Assembly (NCBI GenBank): GCA_949358305.1
Contig: OX442314.1
Span: 30,132,001 to 30,196,000, forward strand
Length of the DNA stretch: 64,000 nt
Origin: Strigamia acuminata
Lineage: Eukaryota
Direction of reading: 5' to 3'
Shown here: positions 53,829 to 64,000 of the stretch, in pieces
Numbering within the stretch: the first letter of the stretch is position 1
Layout: each line of letters opens with the position of its first letter
Made by a program: the position numbers and the translations under genes
The notes under the pieces: generated by a model
The model's database searches: none
What the model was told of the DNA's origin: nothing
Seen by the model: only the letters and a program-made list of their open reading frames with translations

Positions 53829-55214
53829 ATGCCGTACAAGAGACCAGTGCCGAGACTAGAAGAACTCTGTTTGCACACGGTGCTGAATTTCTTTGACGTC
53901 ATGCAGCAGAAACTGAAAAATCAACCGGTCAGATTTATCAACAACATTTATCACCTACTCGGTCAATTTGAATATTTAAATCAACGCCTTCTGTCGGACA
54001 TTTTCATACATCCACGCACCTCTTCGTTGCACAACTTGCAACAATTCGACCTGCCCTTGGACGACCTCGTCGATAAAATCGGACAAATTTGCGACAACCT
54101 TTCGCGGTTAAACTTCAAATTCGATCAGTACATCCCATCGAGATCGCTCATCAAACTGTTGCCACACTGCCAACAAATTACAGTTTTGGACTTTTCTCAT
54201 TCTGCTGGAGTCAGAGATAATGGAATGCCAGGTTGCACGAACAATGTTTTAGACGCCATATCCAAAAACTGTCCGCTACTGCAGCACCTCGACGTGTCGT
54301 TTTGCGAAAACATCACCGATGTTGGGCTCCGATGTCTGTCCGGCATGAAACTACAGTCTTTGAGGGCCTATTATACGAATATCACGCCCGATGTGTGTTT
54401 GTTTCTGTTAAATAATCTTCCCGATCTGAAAGTGCTCGGTACTCTTCACTGGCTCGATTTGTTTATTCTGTTAAAGCGTCAGTTTAATACCGATGCAACG
54501 TTGCGCACTTACTCCCTCGTCCGTCTAGAAGCGGAACTGCCGTTGAATAATCAAGATGTCGCCGTTCTCACCACTATTTTTCCGAATTTAATCCACTTAG
54601 AACTTTGTGTATCCATTTTACATATTAATACTGCTGTTGATTCGACGTTGGCCGACACAATGCAACTATTTGGAAACAATTTGCAACGACTTTGTTGTCT
54701 AAAGCTGCGCCGTATTCGTTTGGTTAATGTCAGACTCGTTCATCGTAACTGTCCGATGTTAAGAAAATTAATTTTGTATTATTGTACAATTTTTGACGAA
54801 ACTAATGTAAATGATCGAGATATTATTGAGTTTAATAACTTGCTCGAACTGACTATAAGCTCTTCGGCAGAATTTGTCGTTACTGATCGACAAATCAAAA
54901 TGTTGATGTTACAAAGTCGAAATTTAAACCAATTGGTGTTGTTTGGTTGCAACGAACTATCTGACACTTCTTTTATGGAATCTGTTAAATCGAATGCGTT
55001 TCCAAAGCTGAGATCCTTGAAAATTATGGACTGTAATTCGATTAGTTCTATCTCGATCATAAAATTATTAGCGATGAAAAATCCACTGAAGTTATTGCTG
55101 TTGTCACATTGTGAGAGAATTAACCGTTTAGTTTGCACTGAAATCATTAAGCCTTATATAAAAATTAACAATTTAGACGTTAGATTTGTACACTGTCATT
55201 ACAATATGTATTAA
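53829..55214 (+). CDS. Intronless leucine-rich-repeat protein (RNI/AMN1/FBXL-like) with N-terminal BC-box-like motif
   Basis: CPLLQHLDVSFCENITDVGL cysteine-containing LRRs; VPRLEELCLHTV. Confidence 0.85.
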   Translation: MPYKRPVPRLEELCLHTVLNFFDVMQQKLKNQPVRFINNIYHLLGQFEYLNQRLLSDIFIHPRTSSLHNLQQFDLPLDDLVDKIGQICDNLSRLNFKFDQYIPSRSLIKLLPHCQQITVLDFSHSAGVRDNGMPGCTNNVLDAISKNCPLLQHLDVSFCENITDVGLRCLSGMKLQSLRAYYTNITPDVCLFLLNNLPDLKVLGTLHWLDLFILLKRQFNTDATLRTYSLVRLEAELPLNNQDVAVLTTIFPNLIHLELCVSILHINTAVDSTLADTMQLFGNNLQRLCCLKLRRIRLVNVRLVHRNCPMLRKLILYYCTIFDETNVNDRDIIEFNNLLELTISSSAEFVVTDRQIKMLMLQSRNLNQLVLFGCNELSDTSFMESVKSNAFPKLRSLKIMDCNSISSISIIKLLAMKNPLKLLLLSHCERINRLVCTEIIKPYIKINNLDVRFVHCHYNMY

Positions 55215-55452
55215 CCACATTTTTAAATTATATAGAATAATATTTTCCATTAATTCTTGCTAGAAAATAACAAAATTGTTTATTAATAAAATGAGTACGT
55301 TTTCAAATGAGTATATAAACTGAGTACAAATTATTCATTCTGCGTAACTAAACACTATGCACAGCAATAATATTTTGCTGTGCGTAGTGTTTATACCGGT
55401 ATTTACAATGTTTTACAAGTATGTAAATCTACTTTTTTTTCTAGCGAATGTT

Positions 55453-55579
55453 TCATTTTGGATAAACTTGTACTTCAGTACTTCCATCAATATCCCTCAA
55501 TCGCAAAAAAGTAAAACTGACCAAAATTGTAAAATTACCACTTTCCGTAAGCACTACTCCACATTTTGCTGATTTCATT
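55453..55579 (-). other. Duplicated transglutaminase terminal exon (with 3' UTR copy to ~55250)
   Basis: [34 protein letters not shown] matches exon 60534-60390; own TTTTTTTACAG acceptor. Confidence 0.8.
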
Positions 55580-56278
55580 CTGTAAAAAAACATTGCTAAA
55601 ACACAACTAAAAAGGAATTTTGTGTTTTTCTTATTTATTTTTTTCCAGAAAAAGATATTGCTAAATTACAACTACTGTACATTTACCATACCGTTCTTCT
55701 CTCTTATTCATCTAAAACTGAACTTTTCTCTTTTATTATTTTTTCCTTTATTAATTTTTCTCACTTGTTGCAGAGTAATTCTGTTGTTTTTCTCTCGTAT
55801 TCATTGCCAGTTTTCATATCTTTTTTCTTGTTCATTTCGCGCTAATTTTTTTTCTTCAATTCAGTATTGCAAGTTAAAATACTTTTCTCTCCTATTACAC
55901 ATCTCCCAAATAAAACGCCGTAGCTAAAAAAAAATTTATAAAAAAAAAAAAAATTGCTGATTGATGGCTCGATTAAAAAATCGTGCCGTCCGAAACTTCG
56001 TGACGAGGGGAGCGATGATGCCTCTGCCGATCCTTCTGTATTTCCTGATCAGATTGGTTGCCATTTATTCACGTCATGTTTCTGTTGAAGAAATTATTAT
56101 ACGCGCTTAGTTTTCTTTTAATAGGCGATGTTTAGGTTGCTGGTGTTTGTGTCACGACTTTCAAGAATAAATAATTTCGATTTGCATAATAAATGTCTTT
56201 ATTTATCTATATTGACGCTCGGACCAACTTTTCAAAAAGGTCTACCCGGAAAACTTCATTATTAATGGTTGGCGAATT

Positions 56279-57458
56279 CTAAAGACAATAATCCACCATC
56301 CATCCCGCATAACAACTTCCGCAGCACTTGTAACCCTGACGGGCTCCTTCACGACAGCTTAGAGTCCCGCCTGGAAGGCAATCCTTGGCCCTGGAACAAA
56401 AATGCTTAGTAATTCCTCACAACTTTCATGAGCTTAAAGAATACAAGCACACACACTGCATGAAATTGGAACTTTCCATACGGAAAAGTTATAAAAATTT
56501 GTTGTGAAAAGTTTAACTTTATAATGTGTGGAAAGTTGTTGTGAAAGATTATTTGGAAAGCTTGCTTTACCAAGATGAAAAGGTGTTTGTAAATGTTTAT
56601 GCTGAAAAGTAATGTAAATATGAAGGTGTAAAGTTATGTAAACATACGAGCTGCATTCAAAAACTCTAAAACGTATGAATAACATGGTCATGTTATTCAA
56701 TGGTAATGACGTCACGTACAAACACGAAACGAGTTTTGCATACGTTTTAGAGTTTTTTAATGCAGCTAGTGGAAAGATAAGTTAAGTTTAATTACACTAA
56801 TTTGAATTCATGAATTATGCTTTTTTACTCTCTAGTGAAAGACTGACAGCCAAAAATAATACATACACATTTAAAGTTAAAATATTTTAATAATTTTAAC
56901 AAACAGCACTGTACAAGTGCTGTTTGTTATTGGTAAATGAAGTGTCCAGAAATCCAGATCCTTTAGATTAGGAATAATAATGTTTATAATCGTACATAAC
57001 ATAGTGTGCTAACATTACACCACCATATCGTGTGTTTCTCATCCCAGAATGCAAAGCTTACATCAGAAAAAATAGTAGGTGCATTCAAAAAGTCTAAAAC
57101 GTATGCAAAACTCGTTTCGTGTTTGCACGTGACGTCATTCCCATTGAATAACATGGGAATGTGAAGTAAGAAGTGAGAACTTATCGCAAACTGTAAGTTT
57201 ACTTCGATACCTGAAGAGTGGCAGTAATAATTACTAAACCAATTCACCTGTCTTGATTGTCAACATCATTGGAAACAGTCTCAGTTTTATCTGAAAGGAA
57301 AACTATTTAGCTTAATGCTTGTAAGCAGGCACAAGTTATTAAATCTAAAGCAACTAGGTTTTTGTTTCTTTACCTAATTCCGCCAACGGTGTAGCCACAA
57401 CAAGTTGAGCAAGCACCAAGAAAGCAAACAGCATCAGAAGAATAACACACTTGGTCAT
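56279..57458 (-). CDS. Knottin (ICK) prepropeptide A; join(57458-57374,57290-57248,56390-56279)
   Basis: Signal MTKCVILLMLFAFLVLAQLVVA, acidic pro region ending DNQDR, mature AKDCLPGGTLSCREGARQGYKCCGSCYAGWMVDYCL (C-C-CC-C-C); phases match. Confidence 0.88.
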
Positions 57459-57949
57459 AATTCTTCTATCAAAAGAGAATTAATGAAATGGCAATTCAGA
57501 TGAGCAATTTCTATTCTCTTACTCGTTTTCAAGACTGAATGATGAATTTCTAAAAATGGAGCGTGTACGGCTGAATTTCTTGATGAGTGTGCATTGCCTT
57601 TTCACATGCTTTGAGAAGGGCTGTGGTAATCACACGTGATTAAATTTAGCCAATAAGCCAATGTACTTAGATAAGGAATTTTCTGTAGCATTATTAAAAA
57701 TCGATCAGGAAGTCATTGAATTTTCAAATCAAATCAAATCTTATGAAGTTAAAATACGAAATAGAGTTTTCTCAGCTGTTTTCTGCTAAATAAAATTGAC
57801 GGGAAGAAATCAAATCTCAGTTTAATTACAGCTCTTTCTAATCGACTACAGGTGAATTAGAGTTGCAATTATACAGCTGCACTGATACAAATATGAACAT
57901 TTTAGAGTTTTAAACTTGTCAGGTTCAAAGAGCTCTAATTAAACTGAGA

Positions 57950-58299
57950 TTTGATTTGATTTGAAAATTCAATAACTTCCAAATCGATTTTTAATTATGC
58001 TGCAGCTTTCACTTTTTCGGTAATTTTGCTCCAGAAAATTCATTATCTAAGTAAATTCGCTTATTGGCTAAATCCAATCACATGTGATACTCCACAATCC
58101 TTCTCAAAGCGTGTGAAAAGGCAATGCACACTCGTAAAGAAATTCAGCCGTACACGCTCCATTTTGAGAAATTCATCATTCAGTCTTGAAAACGAGTAAG
58201 AGAATAGAAATTGCTCATCTGAATTGCCATTTCATTCATTCATTAATTGATAGAAGAATTATGGCCAAGTGTTTGATTCTTCTGATGCTGTGTGCCGTC
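57950..58299 (+). pseudogene. Truncated third knottin copy (upstream region plus first 13 codons)
   Basis: Near-identical to ~58990-59319; breaks after MAKCLILLMLCAV. Confidence 0.85.
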
Positions 58300-58425
58300 A
58301 GATAACTGCACGTGCAAAATCGAATACACTAATAGAACTTTCTAGAATAATTCAACAATACTACACATTCGAAATATATTAATAGCAACACGATATACAC
58401 AAATTACAAATACAAAAATTCAATA

Positions 58426-58989
58426 GACACGTTCAATCTTAAATGGATTTCTTTGATCTCGCTGATCAAATTTCTGAAAATCTACATGCAGGGTTGCTTT
58501 TCTTGTTTTTTTTTTATTTTCAGCCATCTTGATTTCCACATAGAGTGATCAAAGCTTGTTGTTTTTCTTTTAGTGATAACAATTTAACATTTAGCAAAGA
58601 ACAATGACATGTTTAAATGTCCCGCCGTGTTTTTTGGCTGTATCTGTGCCCCCCTGCATTTTGCAAGAGGAAATCGCAACATTTTGGCCGCATTCGAGTG
58701 CTCAAAGGCGGCCATTGCGATTAAATGTTCCGCCGTGAGATATTCGGATATTTCGCGATATGTCGGCCGTGTTTAAATGTTTCGCCGTGCTATGGCATGG
58801 CAAAATCGTGACATTTCGGCCGCATTTGAGCTCTCGAATGCGGCTGGCCGTAAAAAATTACAAACAGGAGGTTATCCAACGGTTCCAATCGCCCATGTGC
58901 AACAGTTGGATTTTGGCAAATTTTAAGGTCGTTCAAAGTTGAAATCCCATTTTCTTGATTTCGGAAATCCATTTAAGATTGAACGCACC
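58426..58989. mobile_element. MITE
   Basis: TIR CGTTCAATCTTAAATGGATTTC / GAAATCCATTTAAGATTGAACG; absent from the paralogous upstream copy at ~57970. Confidence 0.75.
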
Positions 58990-59280
58990 TAATGACTTCC
59001 TAATCGATTTTTAATGATCATGCAGCTTTCACTTTTTCGGTAATTTGCATCCAGAAAATTCATTATCTAAATACATTCGCTTATTGGCTAAATTCAATCA
59101 CATGTGATACTCCACGATCCTTCTTAAAGCATGTGAAAAGGCAATGCACACTCGTAAAGAAATTCAGCCGTACACGCTTCATTTCGAGAAATTCATCATT
59201 CAGTCTTGAAAAGGAGTAAGAGAATAGAAATTGCTCATCTGAATTGCCATTTCATTCATTCATTAATTGATAGAAGAATT

Positions 59281-59910
59281 ATGGCCAAGTGTTTGATTCT
59301 TCTGATGCTGTGTGCCGTCTTGGTGCTTGCTCAACTTGTTGTGGCTACACCACTGGCGGAATTAGGTAAAGAAGCAAAAACCTACTTGTAGTTGCTTTAG
59401 ATTTCATAACTTGTGTCTGCTTATACGTCTTACAAGCATTACAGCTAAATAATTTTCCTTTCAGGTGAAACTGAGACTGTTTCCACTGATGTTGACAATC
59501 AAGACAGAGCCACGTAAGTTGGTCACGAAATTATTACTGCCACTCTCCAGGTAGCGCAATAAACTTAAAGCTTGTGATAATTTCTCACGTCTAATGCCCG
59601 TATGAAAACTGATTGAAACCGACTTCATTTATTACCTAACAAATGCACCAAACGCGCACTCCACATTGCACTTTATAAACATTATTCCTAATCTAAAGGA
59701 TCCGGACACTTTATCTACTAATAACAAACAGCACTGTGTGCCTGTATTCTTTGAAAAATGTGATGAATAACTAATCAATTTTGTTCCAGAGATTGCCTTG
59801 AACACGGGACTCCAGGCTGTGATGAAAACGATGACAAGTGCTGCGGATCATGCGTGGCGCCCAGAAGGGTGGGAGAAACTGTGTGTGTTATCTCCGTTTT
59901 CGATAAATGA
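59281..59910 (+). CDS. Knottin (ICK) prepropeptide B; join(59281-59365,59465-59513,59790-59910)
   Basis: Signal peptide, pro region ending DNQDR, mature ATDCLEHGTPGCDENDDKCCGSCVAPRRVGETVCVISVFDK; GT-AG sites in phase. Confidence 0.88.
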
Positions 59911-60389
59911 GACGAGCAGTTTCCCAAGTAGACCTTTTTGAAAAGTTGGCCCGAGCGTCAATATAGATAAATAAAGACATTTCTAATGCAAATCAAAATT
60001 ATTTATTATTGAAAGTCGTGACACAAACACCAACAACTTAAACATCGTCTACTGAAAGAAAACCAAGCGCGAATAATAATTTCCTCAACAGAAACATTAC
60101 ATGAATAAATGACAATCAGTCTGATCAAGAAATACAGAAAGACCGGCAGAGCGCCAGCCAATCATGGCACACGCAGAGGATCATATATTACGTCATTGTT
60201 GAGCAGAAATACCATTTCTGTCTCACTCATATTTCGGGTAGACCAAAATATAAAGAAATATTTTCTACTAAATATTGCTTGAAAACAACAAAATTGTTTA
60301 TTAATCAAATGAGTATGTTTTCAAATGAGTATATAAACTGAGTACAATTATTCATTCTGCGTAACTAAACACCATACAGCAATAATGTT

Positions 60390-63300
60390 TCATTTTGGAT
60401 AAACTTGTACTTCGGTACTTCCATCAATATCCCTCAATTGCAACGAAGTAAAACTGACCAAAATTGTGAAATTACCGCTTTCCGTAGGCACTACTTCCCA
60501 ACTGGCCTCAGCTATTTGGTTTCTTCCAACATTTCTACCAAAAAATCAAGCAATTAATAAAAGTTAATAAATAAAAAATTTGAATAAAAAAAGTTATTTA
60601 CGGGATCCGTATTTCTCTCGGTTCCGCGAGTCCAGGACTCTCAAATATAAATTTTGCAACCATAAGATACTTATTCAACGGGTTGGTAAAACTAGCGGTG
60701 ATTTTCGCTGGCTTGTCCACAACCATCCTCTCGTTAGCCTAAAACAATTATTAATTAAATAAGATTCGTAAATAGAATTAAAATACATACCACTATAGAA
60801 ATCTCCGGAAAACATATTCGGAAATCATCTTCGGCGTGGTAAGTTTGTCCCGTCTCTTTAATATGCAACATGGCGGACATGAGCATGCTTCCTTGGTCCT
60901 GCAATTTACCGATGTATTGGTCGGCTTTAACGGGAAGTGAAATAACTTGTTCTGGATTGATAAAATAAATAATAAATCTATGTATAATGTTGATATTTGT
61001 TATGTATACACCTTGTAAAGGGAGAAGAATCACTTCCGAATAATTTTTCGCGACTCGCTTGACGATTATTCCGGTGTACTGCATCGCGTCAACTCTTAGG
61101 CAAGTTTTTACGGTTCTCTTTTCCTTGCTCTTGTTATAAACCTGAGAAATAAAAAATTTTTAGTTTATATATTTTGGGTTTTTATTTTTATTTTTTTTTT
61201 ACCATCACGCGGAGTTGGAAATCTTGGCCCATTATAACCTCGTCCTTCAACTCGAGTTCGCACAGAACGTCGGATATTTTTTTCTTGTTGTAAATTGAAC
61301 TAGAAGTACTTCCTGTTTTACAAACCGCATTCATCACTGACATTCGTTCCTCTTCACTCACTGAAAGTAATGCATTCAAATCACATTTGCTTATAGGTTG
61401 TTGATAAAATTTGACAATTTCTTTTATGAATTTTGCCACATTTTTGATAAATTTTGACAAATTATATATCAATTTTCATTAAATTTTGATAATTTTTGAC
61501 AATTTTGACAATTTGGACCAATTTCCTTGAAATTTTGATGAATTTTAACAATTGTGTGAAGAATTTTAACAATTGTGTGAAGAATTTTAACAATTGTGTG
61601 AAGAATTTTAACAATTTTGATGATTTTTGACAATTTTGTGAAGAATTTTAACAATTTTGCGGCAAATTTTGACAATTTTGGGCTAACTTTTGACAATTCT
61701 TTAAAGAATTTTGATAAAATGTTAAATTATAAATTGATACTGCATTTACGGTATTTCCCTTACTCTCAGTTTGCTTGTATTCATCCGTAATATCCAACCT
61801 ATCAATATTTCCTTTCATTAATGGACCAGGTCTTCGCGTGCTAATATTCTTCCCAATTCTAAAACAAAATAAATAAAAATCCAATAATTAATTCTAATCT
61901 TTAATTACACCACAAGTATACTTTTAATTGCGAAAATCTTACGACATTCTATCCAAATCAATAAACTCCAGTGGCACATTTTTATCTCTGAAAAGCCAGT
62001 ACACTTTGTCCGCGTTCACTTCAGCAAAAACAAACGGAGTGTCGTACTGATAACCAACATGACCTCTACGAACCGCAACCAATGAAGCCGGACCAGTACG
62101 AAAAATACCTACAATAAAAATAATAATAATTACTTTTACAATAATTATTATTTTTCCAATAATTTCATCCAAATAAAACCTTCGCTTAATTCCTGCGGAG
62201 TTGCATCAATCGCTTGCCAGCCGCCGTAGCCTTTCGGCAAATCTGGTCTCTCCATCCAGCAATCATTCCAGACATGAAAATTCCTTTAAAATTTGAAAAA
62301 TAAGATTTAAAAAAATATATACATCCCCACATCGACATTTCTGGAATAAAATTTACCAAACAGAATCATTGTCTAAGTGCTTGACGCGTTTTCCTTTCTC
62401 GTTAAAATGGTGGTCTATCGTGATGTTAGCATCCGTGTCGTGTGCCGAAGCAAAATTAGTGACCGATCTTGTGGGAATGCCCAGTGCTCGCATAACTAGA
62501 TAATAAAATTCAAGTTAAGGGTTGTCCAAATACCAAATGAGCTTAACAGCAGAATACCACAACCGAGTTTGGTTTTTACCAAATAGGACTCTACCTCTCA
62601 TGGCAACCACTTGAACATTGCACAGCAAATTCCCGCATGTGGTAACACTTGCTCGAACTTGCTCCAACTCTCAATGTATTGTGACCAGCTGCCCCTGCAC
62701 GCTGATCACTGCCCTTCAATGCAAGGCACTTGGTGCAGCTCTCTCGCCTCTCGCGGCGTCTGTTGCGGTCCTCCGCAACCAAGTGGAGCTGAGGGCCCTT
62801 GATTCATCCAATCGGGCCCCGGAAGTGACCCTTCCGGAAGTGGGTGGGCCCCGTAGCGGCCCACGAGTTGTTACACAGCTAACAAGACAAACGGTCGCAT
62901 TCCGACCGTCTCCCAAACTGACTGCAATGACGACCCGAACGATCGGCATGGCGACTCTGTCACCCGCCCGGACCTGAGCATCCGTGGAAGACCATGTCCG
63001 TCCAACATTCTCCGTGGACGTTGTGACGGCGTGGCAAAAACGAAACTCCGACCACACGTGTCATGAGGCCCAATGGCCGCCATGACATGTGGTATGATCA
63101 CATTGGGAAATACACTGTGGGACACCTAAATCATACCCCTAGACAACAATAAAGTATAACAATCTAAACCATTGTGTCTCTTGTGTATTTCGGAAGTTGT
63201 TTTCATCGTGTGTGTTGCGTCCAGCGTCTCGTGGCCCTCCCCTGACCATGTGGCGTCCGTCCAAACACTCACAATTTTACAATATATTGCCTTTCAAAAT

Positions 63301-63980
63301 ATATTGCAATACATTGCGAAAAAATTCCAATGTATTTTTTAACCATTGGTTTTTCAATATGTTATTTCAGACAAATCACAAGTGGTAAACTGCTTTGTAC
63401 TAATTGGGTTCACATTGACAAATTACTTGTGGTGGTGACACCGGAAAATACCCAGCACTGTCCGTACTTGACCGGTTCGGCACTTCCATTGTACCACTTT
63501 TGTAGGATTTGTACACTGCCTTGCCAATCTGTTGGCGGAGTGCCACCTTCGTAATCACCAGACCAATTTCCCTCCAATACGCCTAAATCATCATTTGCAT
63601 TAACCTAAAAAAAGAAATTAACCAAAACATAAGAAAGAATTTTTCCTTCATTTGTTTTCGCTTACCATTGCTGACACAATACGTGCAACATGAATCGGCG
63701 AAGCTCTGTGCCGATAACGGATATTTGACCAGTCCAATAATACCATGCAAGCATCAAGAATATTGCTTTCGTACTAAAAAAATTTTAAAAAAATCAAAAT
63801 ATCCCTATATTATGTGTCCAAAACACATAAAGTTATTTAAACAAAATTTCTTTTTAAATACCTGTCCAAAATTCCAAACACATGGTCTGAAACTACTGGC
63901 AGCACCCCTCCATATTTTCCCAACATCATTCAAAACATATTCTTCGCGAAAGCTGTTATCTCGCATGAAGACAGAGTCAT
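60390..63980 (-). CDS. Transglutaminase (hemocyte/annulin-like), multi-exon, 5' part outside window
   Basis: [10 protein letters not shown] catalytic Cys, [51 protein letters not shown]. Confidence 0.96.
61410..61720. repeat. Degenerate ~21-bp minisatellite, intronic
   Basis: GAATTTTAACAATTGTGTGAA-like units. Confidence 0.8.
62680..63273 (+). mobile_element. LTR copy in a transglutaminase intron, same family as 29391-30012
   Basis: TGTGACC...CACTCACA, collinear with the reverse complement of 29391-30012; AATAAA at 63148; no TSD seen. Confidence 0.8.
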
Positions 63981-64000
63981 CTAAAAAGAATTAAATCTAA

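Overview
Eukaryotic, AT-rich genomic DNA with short spliceosomal introns, most consistent with an invertebrate, probably an arthropod (inference). Positions 1-45.7 kb are dominated by Ty3/Gypsy-type LTR retrotransposons. A nested stack comprises a decayed element G3 (- strand), element G1 inserted into it (+, 186-17797), a young non-autonomous element G2 inserted into G1 (-, 5100-14505), and a further LTR end at 1-185. Also present are solo LTRs, MITEs and an apparently intact element G4 (-, 32981-45320) inserted into a host gene of an uncharacterised family that has a paralog and a fragment nearby. Positions 46-64 kb are host genes: STAMBP/AMSH, CCDC47, an intronless LRR gene, two divergently oriented knottin (ICK) prepropeptide genes and the 3' part of a transglutaminase. 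The most striking signal is that all four internal-domain-bearing elements carry a non-env accessory gene in their 3' internal region (directly after pol in G1, G3 and G4), behind core-promoter motifs. In G1 and G4 this gene is split by phase-compatible GT-AG introns, G1 and G3 share a CxxCxGxG zinc-finger-like motif, and G2 has no recognisable gag-pol but keeps this module. All alignments and translations were done by eye.
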